The notes under the pieces are model-generated. The model was not told where the DNA came from. It searched no databases and saw only the letters and a program-made list of their open reading frames with translations. From Candidatus Eiseniibacteriota bacterium (GTDB lineage Bacteria; Eisenbacteria; RBG-16-71-46): DNA of 64,000 bases. Each line of letters starts with the position of its first letter. The stretch's first letter is position 1. Position numbers and translations under genes: made by a program. Below, piece after piece: positions 44,978 to 54,311 of the stretch. Location: positions 544,001 through 608,000 of the forward strand of contig CAVZLN010000003.1 of assembly GCA_963776245.1 (NCBI GenBank), written 5' to 3'.

Positions 44978-46353
44978 ACCCCATGCGCATCCGCATCCCG
45001 TCCGTCCCCGGCGTCGCACTCGCACTCGCGTGCTCCACTTTGCTGGTCCTCGCCCGGCCGGGCGCCGGCGCCGACTCGATGCAGCCCGATCCCTCCCTGC
45101 GCGAGGCCCTGCTCATGCAGCGGCTCGCCGCGCGCGACACGATCGGCTTCGCCGGAGACGTCGGGCGGCTCGACTCGCTGGGCGTCGCGCTGCTGCGGAT
45201 CGGGCGCTTCGCCGAGGCGCGGCAGGTGCTCGGGCGCGTGCTGGCGCTGGCGCCGGCCGACGACGCGGCGCGCGCGGGGCTCGGCAAGCTGGCGCTCTTC
45301 CGCGACGACCTCGCCGCGGCCGACAGCCTGCTCGTCGGGCCGGCGCGGGCGGGCGATCCGGATGCCGCCAGCGATCTGCTCGCCGCCCGCGTGCGGGCGG
45401 GCCGATGGGCGGAGGCCGCCGAACTGAGCGAGGCCGCGGGCCAGCCCGGCCGCGCCGACCAGCTGCGGCAGATGGGCGAGCAGGGCGTGTACGCCATCAC
45501 CGCGGGGCCCGAGCAGGGCGAAGTGATGTTCGCGCGCTCCTGGCCCGCCCCGCTGGTGAGCGTGAGGCTGAACGGGCAGTCGGTCCTGATGGCGGTGGAC
45601 ACCGGCACCGACGATCTGGTGCTCGACGAATCGATCGCGCGCGGCACCGGGGTGGCGGTGGGCCCGAGCCAGCACATGGTGTTCTGGAACGGCGCGCGCG
45701 CCGCGGTCCGCAACGCGTGGGTGGCGCGCCTCGAGATCGCCGGGTTCCGCATCGAGAAGCTGCCGGCCGGCTGCCTGTCGCTGCGCAAGTGGAGCCTCGA
45801 GGTGAATCCCCAGAGCGAGCGGGTCGCCGGCATCATCGGCCTCGGGCTGCTGCGGCGCTTCACCCCGACGCTGGATTTCGCGCGCCAGCGGCTGGTGCTG
45901 CGCCGTCCGGGGGTGGCGTTCGCGCCCGCGGCGGGCGCCCAGCGCGTGCCGTTCGAACTGTGGGGCGAGAACGAGCTGATGGTGTGGGGCTCGATCTCCG
46001 GGGGCCGCCGCCTGGCGATGGTGGTCCAGACCGGCGTGCCGGCCTGCGGACTGGGCGCGCCGCAGGAGGTGTGCGACGAATTCGGCCTGCGGGCGGGCCC
46101 GGTGGCGCGCGCCATGAAGAGCGCGGGCACCTGGATCGGCGGACGGCCGTGGATCGCGGTCACCGTCCCCGCGGTGAACGTGGGGCGCGTCGCGACCGAC
46201 AAGGTGCCGGGCTGGATCGGCGCGCTCGACTCCTCGGAGCTGTGGCGCCACGGGGTGCGCCGCGACGCGCTGCTGTCGCACGCCTTCTTCCGCGGCCGCC
46301 GCGTGACCATCGACTGGTCGGCCCACGAACTGGTGATCGAAGACAAGCCCTGA
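44974..46353 (+). CDS. Exported TPR + tandem retropepsin-like aspartyl protease protein
   Basis: Signal peptide, TPR-like helices, VRLNG...AVDTG, GIIGLGLL..F...LDF; second domain VVQTG...ALLSHAFF...VTIDW; ATGA overlap. Confidence 0.78.
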   Translation: MNPMRIRIPSVPGVALALACSTLLVLARPGAGADSMQPDPSLREALLMQRLAARDTIGFAGDVGRLDSLGVALLRIGRFAEARQVLGRVLALAPADDAARAGLGKLALFRDDLAAADSLLVGPARAGDPDAASDLLAARVRAGRWAEAAELSEAAGQPGRADQLRQMGEQGVYAITAGPEQGEVMFARSWPAPLVSVRLNGQSVLMAVDTGTDDLVLDESIARGTGVAVGPSQHMVFWNGARAAVRNAWVARLEIAGFRIEKLPAGCLSLRKWSLEVNPQSERVAGIIGLGLLRRFTPTLDFARQRLVLRRPGVAFAPAAGAQRVPFELWGENELMVWGSISGGRRLAMVVQTGVPACGLGAPQEVCDEFGLRAGPVARAMKSAGTWIGGRPWIAVTVPAVNVGRVATDKVPGWIGALDSSELWRHGVRRDALLSHAFFRGRRVTIDWSAHELVIEDKP

Positions 46354-46378
46354 GCGGCCGGGGCGCTCGCCCGGTGAC

Positions 46379-46415
46379 CGAAGGCCCGCCGCGCGTGACG
46401 CACGGCGGGCCTTCG
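46379..46415. terminator. Bidirectional terminator-like hairpin between convergent genes
   Basis: 13-bp stem CGAAGGCCCGCCG/CGGCGGGCCTTCG. Confidence 0.7.
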
Positions 46416-46435
46416 ATCTTCCCCGCGGCCGCGCC

Positions 46436-46969
46436 TCAGGGCGAGTGCTTCGCGCCGTCCTCGTCGCGGGTCTCGGCCTCGCCCGTCTCCCCTGCAGGCC
46501 GGACGACGCCGGCGGAGTCCCGGGCCGCGCCGCCCGTCTTCACGTTGGCGCCGTGCTCGTACACCAGGATGCCGCCGCGGTGCCCGGTGACGCCCACCGC
46601 CACCGCGGCGCCGATCTGCAGCAGCAACGCGAGGGTGTTGAGCGCGCCCGCCGCGGGTCTCACCCGCGCGGCGGCGCCGAGCAGCACCAGCGCGCCGCCC
46701 GCCAGCCACAGCGTGATCCGCGCCATGTCCTCATGGGCATCCACGGCCCGCTCGGGCACGCCCTGGTCCTCGGCGTGGTCCCCGGCGCCCTCGCCGGACT
46801 TGAGCGCCACCCATCCGCCGACGAAGCCGACCAGCAACATCGCGATCGCGGCCTTGCGCCACCAGCCGACGTCCGCGAGGCGGCCGACGATCATGAACAG
46901 GGCGCTGAAGATGATCAGCGCGATCGGCGTGTGCACCAGCTGGGGATGGAACTGCGCGAGTACCTCCAT
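46436..46969 (-). CDS. DUF2231-family membrane protein
   Basis: HPQLVHTPIAL, SG..A, VDAHE, TGHRGGILVYEHG; GGAGGAG RBS. Confidence 0.85.
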   Translation of the reverse strand: MEVLAQFHPQLVHTPIALIIFSALFMIVGRLADVGWWRKAAIAMLLVGFVGGWVALKSGEGAGDHAEDQGVPERAVDAHEDMARITLWLAGGALVLLGAAARVRPAAGALNTLALLLQIGAAVAVGVTGHRGGILVYEHGANVKTGGAARDSAGVVRPAGETGEAETRDEDGAKHSP

Positions 46970-47057
46970 GCGCTCCTCCGCGGTCGGTCGTGGGCTCGGG
47001 GTGCGTCCAGCCTAGTCGCAATGACGCGCGCGCGCCAAGCGGCTACACTCGCGCGCC

Positions 47058-47753
47058 GTGAACGCACCCCCATCCCTCGTGCCGCGCGCGCTGGTCCTGG
47101 CGCTGGTCGTCGCCGCCATCGAGGCCGCGCTGCTCGCGCTCGCGCTGGGCGGCGTCGGCGCCCTCGCCGCGCACCCGCGCGCACTGGCCCTGATCGGGGT
47201 CTGGACCGCCAGCGGCCTCGCCCTCGCGGTCCTGCGCCCGGTGCGCTCCCAGGACGTGGTCGAGCAGCCCCCGGGCCAGGCGTTCCTGCTGGTGGCGCTG
47301 CTGGTGCTGCCGCTGTTCACGCCGATGCTGTGCGCGTGGGCCGCGCGCGCGGCGCTGGCGCCGCTGCCCGGCGGCCCGGCGCTGCGCTGGGCCGGCGTGG
47401 CGCTCGCCGCCGCCGGTCTCGCGTTGCGCATCGCCGCGATGGCCCAGCTGGGAGACCGCTTCGCGGCGCGGGTCGCGCTCCAGCGCGATCACGTGCTCGA
47501 GACACGCGGGCTCTACGGCGCGCTGCGGCACCCCGGCTATCTCGGGGCGTGGCTGGCCAACCTGGGGGTGGTGCTGGCGTTCGGCAGCGCCGCGGGGCTC
47601 GCGAGCGCGGTGCTGTTCGGGTGGGCGCTCGACGCGCGGATGCGAGCCGAGGAGGAGCTGCTGGCACGCCGGTTCGGCCCGGACTGGCGAGCGTACGCGG
47701 CGCGCGCGGGGCGCTGGGTCCCGCGGCGCGCGCCGCGCTTGGCGCGGCCATGA
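47058..47753 (+). CDS. Isoprenylcysteine carboxyl methyltransferase (ICMT/PEMT) family membrane protein
   Basis: QLG..F, HVLETRGLYGALRHPGY.G, RMRAEEELL..RFG. Confidence 0.88.
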   Translation: MNAPPSLVPRALVLALVVAAIEAALLALALGGVGALAAHPRALALIGVWTASGLALAVLRPVRSQDVVEQPPGQAFLLVALLVLPLFTPMLCAWAARAALAPLPGGPALRWAGVALAAAGLALRIAAMAQLGDRFAARVALQRDHVLETRGLYGALRHPGYLGAWLANLGVVLAFGSAAGLASAVLFGWALDARMRAEEELLARRFGPDWRAYAARAGRWVPRRAPRLARP

Positions 47754-47773
47754 GCCTCGGCTATCCTGCGCCG

Positions 47774-48445
47774 ATGCGCATCCACTATCACGTCATGTCG
47801 GCCCCCGCGCCCCTTGGCCTGCTGTTCCTGGCTCTCGGCGAGCACGGGCTGCGCTACCTGAAGTTCATGGAGCGCAAGAGCCTCAAGCGGGTCATCGCCT
47901 CGCTCGCGCCGGCGGAGCCGGGGGCGGAGTGGCTCCCGTCGCTGCTCGAGCTCAAGCCGGTGGTGGATCAGCTCGAGGCCTACTTCTGCGGCACGCTCAC
48001 CGAGTTCGGACTGCGGCTCGACCCCCGCGGCTCGGACTTCCAGCGGGCGGTGTGGAACGAGCTGGCGCGCATCCCGTTCGCCCACACCCGCACCTACGGG
48101 GACATCGCGAAGGCGATCGGGCAGCCGCGCGCAGCGCGCGGCGTCGGACTCGCGAACCACCAGAACCCGCTCGCGATCGTCGTTCCCTGCCACCGCGTCA
48201 TCGGCGCCGACGGGAGCCTGACCGGCTACGGCGGCGGCCTGCCGAGGAAGCGCTGGCTGCTCGAGCACGAGCGCCGCTTCGCCGCGCTGACCGCGCGGTC
48301 CGAGCCCATGCTGGTGGCGTCCGCGCGTCCCGCGCCGCGGCCCGAGGCGCGCATCCCCGCGAAGCGGACGACGAGGCCGCGCACGGCGGCCCGCGTCCCC
48401 GCACGCGCCACTCGCGCCGCGAAGCCCGCGCGGTCCGCACGCTGA
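47774..48445 (+). CDS. ogt: Methylated-DNA--protein-cysteine methyltransferase with a basic C-terminal tail (alternative start 47750)
   Basis: QLEAYF.G, FQRAVW, IPF..TRTYG, ARGVG, NPLAIVVPCHRVIG, GYGGG. Confidence 0.93.
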   Translation: MRIHYHVMSAPAPLGLLFLALGEHGLRYLKFMERKSLKRVIASLAPAEPGAEWLPSLLELKPVVDQLEAYFCGTLTEFGLRLDPRGSDFQRAVWNELARIPFAHTRTYGDIAKAIGQPRAARGVGLANHQNPLAIVVPCHRVIGADGSLTGYGGGLPRKRWLLEHERRFAALTARSEPMLVASARPAPRPEARIPAKRTTRPRTAARVPARATRAAKPARSAR

Positions 48446-48461
48446 AGCGCGCGCCGCGAGG

Positions 48462-49478
48462 CTATGGCGCCGGGGTGCCGAAGTGGTCGAATCCCACGCC
48501 CGGCAGCGGACGGCGGCTCTCCGACGCCAGCAGCGTGAGGACGCCGGGCGCCTCGGTGAGCCGGCCGACGACGTGGAGCGTCGTCTCCGACTCCCGTGCG
48601 ACCGCCGTGACGGCGTCGCGTTTCGACGGGTCGAGCGCCAGCAGCAGCTCGTAGTCGTCGCTGGGACCGAACCGCAGCACTTCCGCCGCCACGCCCAGGA
48701 CCTCCGCCGCGCGCTCGAGCGCGGCGTCGTGCGGCCACTCGCCCGCGAGCACCGTGGCGCCGGTGCCGCTCGCCTCGCACAGGTGCGCGAGATCGCCGGC
48801 GAAGCCGTCCGAGACATCCACGCAGGCGGTCACCGCGTCGAGCGCCGCGAGCCGCAGCGCGAACGCGACGCGCGCACGTGGCGCGCGCCACGCGTCGAGC
48901 AGCGGGGCGAGGCCGGCGTCCTTCGCCGCCGCGGCGTTCGCGAGCGCGAGCCGCAGCCCGGCGCCGGCGCGGCCGGGCCAGCCGGTCACCGCGAGCAGAT
49001 CGCCCGGCCGCCCGCCGTGGCGCGTCCACACCCGGCCCCGCGGCACGACCCCGAGCAGCGTGAGGCTCATCCACTCCGCGCCCTCGACCGCCGTGAGGTT
49101 CCCACCCACCACCGCGGCCTGGTGCTCGGCGAGCGCGTCCGTCAGTCCGTCCTGGAGCGCCACCAGCGCGTCCATGTCGTGGTCGCGGCGCACTCCGAGC
49201 GAGAGCAGGGCCCAGCGCGGCGCGGCTCCCATGGCGGCGAGGTCGCTGAGATTGGCCGCGGCGAGCCGCGCGCCCATACCGCGCGGGGTCATCCAGCCGG
49301 CGAGCACGTGACGGCCCTCGACGAACGCGTCGGTGGTCGCCACCAGGTCGTCGCGCGAGATCATGCGCAGCACGGCGGCGTCGTCGCCGGCGCCCACCAC
49401 CACGCCGGCGGCCGCGGTCCGGCGCGCGGTGAGGCGACGGATGGCCTCGAACTCCCCGACCTCATCGAGTCGCGGCAT
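48462..49478 (-). CDS. thiL: Thiamine-monophosphate kinase
   Basis: [49 protein letters not shown]. Confidence 0.95.
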   Translation of the reverse strand: MPRLDEVGEFEAIRRLTARRTAAAGVVVGAGDDAAVLRMISRDDLVATTDAFVEGRHVLAGWMTPRGMGARLAAANLSDLAAMGAAPRWALLSLGVRRDHDMDALVALQDGLTDALAEHQAAVVGGNLTAVEGAEWMSLTLLGVVPRGRVWTRHGGRPGDLLAVTGWPGRAGAGLRLALANAAAAKDAGLAPLLDAWRAPRARVAFALRLAALDAVTACVDVSDGFAGDLAHLCEASGTGATVLAGEWPHDAALERAAEVLGVAAEVLRFGPSDDYELLLALDPSKRDAVTAVARESETTLHVVGRLTEAPGVLTLLASESRRPLPGVGFDHFGTPAP

Positions 49479-50685
49479 CGGCGACGTCCCTCCGCTCATG
49501 CCCGGCGGGCAGGAGCACCACGAACAGAACGGCCGCGAGCAGCGCGAGCGCGGCGTCCACGCCGAAGGTGACCCGCGCGCCGTAGCGGTCCCACAGCCAG
49601 CCGGCCACGATGCTCGCCGGCAGCAGCGCGAAGCCCACCACCGTGTGGTAGATCCCGTAGACCGTGCCGCGCCGTTCGGCGCCGACGAGGTCCGCGAGCA
49701 GGCTGCGCTGCGAGACCTCGATGAGCGCGCTGTGCACGCCATAGAGCGCCAGCGCCGCCATCACCAGCAGGGGGGCGCCGCTCCACGCCAGCAGGGCATA
49801 GACGCCGGCATAGAGCACGTACGCCGCGAGCAGCAGGGGCCGCCGTCCGATGCGGTCGGACAGCGCGCCGGCCGGGAGGCTGAGCGCGGCGTAGACGAGA
49901 TTGTAGAGCAGGTACACCAGCGGCACCGCCGCGACCGCGATACCGCCGTCGCGCGCTCGCAGCATCACGAACGCGATGCTGCTGTTGGCGAGCTGGAACA
50001 CGCCGTCGGCGACCAGGAACCGCTTCACGGGTGTCGGCAGGGCGCGGAACTCGAGGTGGAGCGCGCGCACCTTCGCCATCGGCTCGCGCCGCGGGGCGCG
50101 GACGAACAGCGCGAGCACCACCAGCGAGAGCGCGGCGGGGATGGCGGACACGAGGAAGATCCTGCGGAAGCCGCCGGGCCACGCGGCGAGCAGCGCGAAG
50201 GCCACCAGTGGCCCGATCGCGGCGCCGAGCGTGTCGAGCGAACGGTGGAGCCCGAAGGCGCGTCCGCGCCATGCGGGAGCCACCGAATCGGCGAGCAGCG
50301 CGTCGCGGGGGGGATTGCGCAGACCCTTGCCGACGCGATCGGCGAAGCGCAGGCCGAGCACGGCGGACCACGACGAGGCGAGCGCGAACGACACCTTGGC
50401 GACCCCGGAGAGGCCGTAGCCGAAGACGAGGAAGGGCTTGCGTCGCCCGATGCGGTCGGACAGCCAGCCGGAAGAGAGCCGCAGCAGCGAGGCGGTGCTC
50501 TCGGCGACGCCTTCGATGACGCCGAGGCTCGCGACCGAGGCGTGGAGCACGCCGGTGATGAACAGGGGCAGCACGGGCACGATCATCTCGGACGAGACGT
50601 CGGTGAGGAGCGACGTGAAGCCGAGCGCCCATACGTTGCGCGTGAGGCCCTGTGGCGGGGCGGCCTGCGGATCGTCGGTGGTCAT
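49462..50685 (-). CDS. MFS transporter
   Basis: [47 protein letters not shown]. Confidence 0.93.
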   Translation of the reverse strand: MTTDDPQAAPPQGLTRNVWALGFTSLLTDVSSEMIVPVLPLFITGVLHASVASLGVIEGVAESTASLLRLSSGWLSDRIGRRKPFLVFGYGLSGVAKVSFALASSWSAVLGLRFADRVGKGLRNPPRDALLADSVAPAWRGRAFGLHRSLDTLGAAIGPLVAFALLAAWPGGFRRIFLVSAIPAALSLVVLALFVRAPRREPMAKVRALHLEFRALPTPVKRFLVADGVFQLANSSIAFVMLRARDGGIAVAAVPLVYLLYNLVYAALSLPAGALSDRIGRRPLLLAAYVLYAGVYALLAWSGAPLLVMAALALYGVHSALIEVSQRSLLADLVGAERRGTVYGIYHTVVGFALLPASIVAGWLWDRYGARVTFGVDAALALLAAVLFVVLLPAGHERRDVADAATR

Positions 50686-50833
50686 GAGTGGCGGGAAGGG
50701 TAGCACGGGGGGCATGACGGACATCGCGCCCGCCGGGCGCGCGGTCGATTCGGGCTGCTTGCGTCGCGGACACGGCGCGCGTTCGGCTGGGACTCCCTCG
50801 AGGCGGCGTACCGGCGCGCGGCGAATCGGGCCT

Positions 50834-50904
50834 CCTCCGGACGCCCCGCCGCGCATCCGTGATCCGCTCCGCCGGAATCACCCCTCCGGACGCCCCGCCG
50901 CGCA
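50834..50904. repeat. Imperfect tandem repeat of about 49 bp with an exact 22-nt core CCTCCGGACGCCCCGCCGCGCA
   Basis: Core copies at 50834-50855 and 50883-50904. Confidence 0.8.
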
Positions 50905-50951
50905 CCGTGTCCGCTTGCCGTTCGTCATTTTGCCGTTTGCCGCTGGTGCGG

Positions 50952-52349
50952 CTAGTCCACGGGGACCACGTCGAGGGGGCCGAGGCCTTCGAGGGCGGGC
51001 TTCGCCTTCGCGGGGTCGGCGACCACCAGGATGCGCAGGTCGGCGGTGCGGAAATACGACTTCAGCGCGCGACGGCAGTCCGCCATGGTCACGGCGTCGA
51101 TGCGGTCGGTGTAGGTCTCGACGAACTTCGGGTCGAGCCCGTAGAAGTCGATGTCGAGCACCCGCGCGGCGAGCGCGTCCGGGGCCTGCAGGCCGAGCGG
51201 GAACAGCCCGGTCAGGTAGCGCTTGGCCTTGGCGAGCTCGTCGTCGGTCGGGCCTTCGACGACCAGCGTGTCCACCAGGCCGATCACCTCGTCGATGGTC
51301 CGGCGCAGGGTCTCGTTCTTGGTGAAGGTCGAGACCCCGAACGTGCCCGCGTCGCGGTACATCGTGAACCGGCTGCTGATGCTGTACGTGAGTCCGAGGC
51401 TGACCCGGATCCGGTCCACCAGCCGCGAGGTGAACCCGCCGCCGAGGATGGTGTTGGCGACGGTGATCGGGAAGTAGTCGGGATGGTTGCGCGCCACGCC
51501 GATCCCGACGATGCGGATCTGCGCCTGGGACACTTCGGGCTTCTCGACGATCCGCACCGCGCGTTTCTCCGCGGCGAGCGGGCCGTAGGCGGCCTCGCGC
51601 CGGGCGCCCGACGGCTTCCAGTCCGCGAACGCCTTCTCGAGCGCCGCGATCACCGCCTTCGCGTCCACGTCCCCCACGACCGCGAGCGCGGCGCGCTCGG
51701 GCGTGATCCGGGAGCGATGGAACGCGACCACGTCCTCGCGCGTGAGGGACTTCACCGCCGCCTCGCCGCCGCTGACCGGGTGGCCGAGCGGATGGCCGCC
51801 GAGCACGAAGGGCAGCACCGCCTTGTTCGCCACCTCCGCCGGCTCGTCGCGGTCGGCCGCGATCGAGCCCAGCACCTCTTCCTGCTTGCGGGCGAACTCC
51901 CCGGCCGGGAAGGTCGGCGAGACGATCACGTCGCGGAACAACTCGAGCCCGGTGGCGAAGTCCTTCTTCAGGACCTCGCACGTCACCACCACCTGCTCCG
52001 TCCCGGCCGAGGCGTCGAGCGAGCCGCCCACGAACGCCATCTCCTCGGCCACCTGCTGCGCGGTGCGCGCGCCGGCGCCCTGCGTCATCAGCACGGCGGT
52101 CAGGCTGGCGAGCCCTTCCTTGCCCTTCGGATCGTCGACCGAGCCCGCCTTCACCGCCAGGCGGAAGTCCACCAGCGGCAGGCGGTGCGTCGGCATCACG
52201 AACACGGTGAGCCCGTTCCGGAGCGTGGTCCGGGTGTAGGGCGGAAGCTGCACGGGCACGGCCACGGCCGGCAGGGCCACCGTCAGCGCGAGCAGCGCGC
52301 CGGCCAGGGTGCGGAGCATCGGTCGTCCAGCGGTGCGGGTCGCCTTCAT
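50952..52349 (-). CDS. M16B peptidase, non-catalytic partner subunit (exported)
   Basis: LRNGL, no HxxEH (ASLTAVLMTQG), ILGGGFTSRL..RIR..LGLTY (R/Y substrate-binding pair); ATGA overlap. Confidence 0.9.
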   Translation of the reverse strand: MKATRTAGRPMLRTLAGALLALTVALPAVAVPVQLPPYTRTTLRNGLTVFVMPTHRLPLVDFRLAVKAGSVDDPKGKEGLASLTAVLMTQGAGARTAQQVAEEMAFVGGSLDASAGTEQVVVTCEVLKKDFATGLELFRDVIVSPTFPAGEFARKQEEVLGSIAADRDEPAEVANKAVLPFVLGGHPLGHPVSGGEAAVKSLTREDVVAFHRSRITPERAALAVVGDVDAKAVIAALEKAFADWKPSGARREAAYGPLAAEKRAVRIVEKPEVSQAQIRIVGIGVARNHPDYFPITVANTILGGGFTSRLVDRIRVSLGLTYSISSRFTMYRDAGTFGVSTFTKNETLRRTIDEVIGLVDTLVVEGPTDDELAKAKRYLTGLFPLGLQAPDALAARVLDIDFYGLDPKFVETYTDRIDAVTMADCRRALKSYFRTADLRILVVADPAKAKPALEGLGPLDVVPVD

Positions 52350-53746
52350 GGCGCGCTCCCTTCGGCCGGCGCGCTCTCGGGCACCAGCGTGGCAACGGTG
52401 CGCTGCATCGGGTCGAGGTACTTCTGCGCCACCCGCTGCACGTCCTCGGCGGTGACCGCGCGGAACCGGTCGATGGCCGTGAACATGGCGTGGTAGTCGC
52501 CGAGCACGTGCTCGTGGAAGCCGAGCTGCCGGCCGACCCCGTTGTTGGTCTTGAGCCCGGTCACGAAGTGCGCCTCGAGCAGGTTCTTCGCCTTCTGGAG
52601 CTCGCGGGCGCTCGGGCCCTCCTTCTGGATCCGCGCGATCACGTCGTCCACCGCCGCGAGCCCCTCGGCCGCGGTCTTGCCGGGGCGCAGCTGCACGTAC
52701 ACCTGGAACAGGTTCGGACCGAGCATCGCCTCGTAGGACGAGCCGGCGAACAGCGCCAGTTGCTTCTCGTACACCAGCGACTGGTGGAGGCGCGAGGACT
52801 CGCCGTCGGCGAGGACGGACGACAGCACCTCGAGCGCCGCGTGGTCGGGGCTGGCCGCCGCGGGTGCCTTGTAGCCCGCGAAGAAGGTCACCTGCTGCGC
52901 GGGATAGTGCACCTCCACGCGCCGCTCGCCGCGCTGCGGGGCCTCGGAATCCACCGGCGGGCTCGGCGGGTCCTGGCGCGGGATGCCCTCGAAGTACTTC
53001 CGGATCAGCGCCATCGCCGAGGCGCTCTCGAAGTCGCCCGCGAGCACCAGGATGCAGTTGTCGGGCGCGTAATAGGTGCGGAAGTACTCCACCATGTCCG
53101 GGCGCCGGATGTTGTCGAGGTCGCCCATCCAGCCGATCACCGGCGAGCGGTAGGGCGAGGCGTTGAACGCCACCGCCCACAGTTGCTCGTCGAGCATGCC
53201 GAAGATGTCGTTGTCCGTGCTCAGCCGGCGCTCCTCCTTGACCACGCCGATCTCGCTCTCGAGCGACTTGGGCTCGAACGACAGCGCGGCCATGCGGTCG
53301 GAGTCCAGCTGGAGCACGGTCTCGAGCCGGTCGGAGGCGATGTCCTCGTAGTACGCGGTCATGTCGCGGTCGGTGAACGCGTTCGAGTAGCCGCCGTTGG
53401 ACTCGAGGATGCGGTCGTACATCTTCGGCGGCACGTTCTTCGAGCCGTTGAACATCATGTGCTCGAAGTAGTGCGAGATGCCGGTGATGCCGGGGCGCTC
53501 GTTGCGCGACCCGACCTTGTACCACTGCCAGAAGGTCACCGTGGGCACGGTGTGGTCCTCGTGCAGCAGCACCACCAGGCCGTTCGCGAGCACCTGGCGC
53601 TGGACGTCGAGCTGGACCAGCGCGGGCGGCGCGGCGGGCGGCGCGGCCGGCTTCGCGGCCGGCTTCCGGGCCGCCAGCGCGGGCACCGCCGCCGCGGTGA
53701 CGAGCGCGCACGCGATGGCGAGCGCGACGCGGGACATGCGAAGCAT
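52346..53746 (-). CDS. M16B zinc peptidase, catalytic subunit (exported)
   Basis: Signal peptide, LANGL, VGSRNE..G.TGISHYFEHMMFNGS, NAFT, VKEERR. Confidence 0.93.
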   Translation of the reverse strand: MLRMSRVALAIACALVTAAAVPALAARKPAAKPAAPPAAPPALVQLDVQRQVLANGLVVLLHEDHTVPTVTFWQWYKVGSRNERPGITGISHYFEHMMFNGSKNVPPKMYDRILESNGGYSNAFTDRDMTAYYEDIASDRLETVLQLDSDRMAALSFEPKSLESEIGVVKEERRLSTDNDIFGMLDEQLWAVAFNASPYRSPVIGWMGDLDNIRRPDMVEYFRTYYAPDNCILVLAGDFESASAMALIRKYFEGIPRQDPPSPPVDSEAPQRGERRVEVHYPAQQVTFFAGYKAPAAASPDHAALEVLSSVLADGESSRLHQSLVYEKQLALFAGSSYEAMLGPNLFQVYVQLRPGKTAAEGLAAVDDVIARIQKEGPSARELQKAKNLLEAHFVTGLKTNNGVGRQLGFHEHVLGDYHAMFTAIDRFRAVTAEDVQRVAQKYLDPMQRTVATLVPESAPAEGSAP

Positions 53747-53876
53747 GGGGTCCTCCGTGAGCGGTGGATGACGCGTGGGGACGATGGCCCAGTCTCACCC
53801 CCGGGCGAGGACCGCGCAAGGTGCCGGCGACGAGCGCGGCTGGCGCGACGGCCAACGCCACGCCTATGCTGCGCCC

Positions 53877-54218
53877 ATGCCGCTGCCCGAATCCCTGGCG
53901 CGACTGGCGCGCGAGTGCGAGATCACGCCCTACAAGTCCTCCGGCCCCGGAGGCCAGAAGAAGAACAAGACCGAGTCGAGCGTGCGGGTGCGCCACCTGC
54001 CGACCGGGATCGTGCGCATCGCCACCGAGAGCCGCTCGCAGTCGGCCAACCGCCTGACCGCGCTCGAGCGGGTCGGCCGCGAACTGCGGCGCCGCGCCCA
54101 GCGGCCGAAGCCGCGGGTGAGGACGCGCCCCACGCGCGGCGCGGTCGAACAGCGCCTGACGGAGAAGAAGCGGGTCTCGGAGCGCAAGCGGACGCGCGCC
54201 ACGCGCGGCGACGACTGA
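53877..54218 (+). CDS. arfB: ArfB/YaeJ-like peptidyl-tRNA hydrolysing ribosome rescue factor
   Basis: SSGPGGQ..NKTES.VR.RHLPTG, RSQ..NR, basic tail PKPRVRTRPT....RL.EKK..SERK. Confidence 0.78.
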   Translation: MPLPESLARLARECEITPYKSSGPGGQKKNKTESSVRVRHLPTGIVRIATESRSQSANRLTALERVGRELRRRAQRPKPRVRTRPTRGAVEQRLTEKKRVSERKRTRATRGDD

Positions 54219-54240
54219 GCGCGGCCCGGCGCCCCGTGCG

Positions 54241-54276
54241 ACGAAGGCCCGGCCATCCGAGGCCGGGCCCCCTTCG
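54241..54276. terminator. Terminator-like hairpin between convergent arfB and phoU
   Basis: GGCCCGGCC-ATCCGA-GGCCGGGCC flanked by ACGAA and CTTCG. Confidence 0.65.
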
Positions 54277-54311
54277 CGCTCCCCTCTCGCCGAGGGGCGG
54301 CCGGGCCGAGG

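Noticed and set aside
50834..50904. Mini-CRISPR (22-nt repeat, 27-nt spacer)
   Set aside because: Only two repeats, similarity extends into the flanks like a tandem duplication, no AT-rich leader and no cas genes
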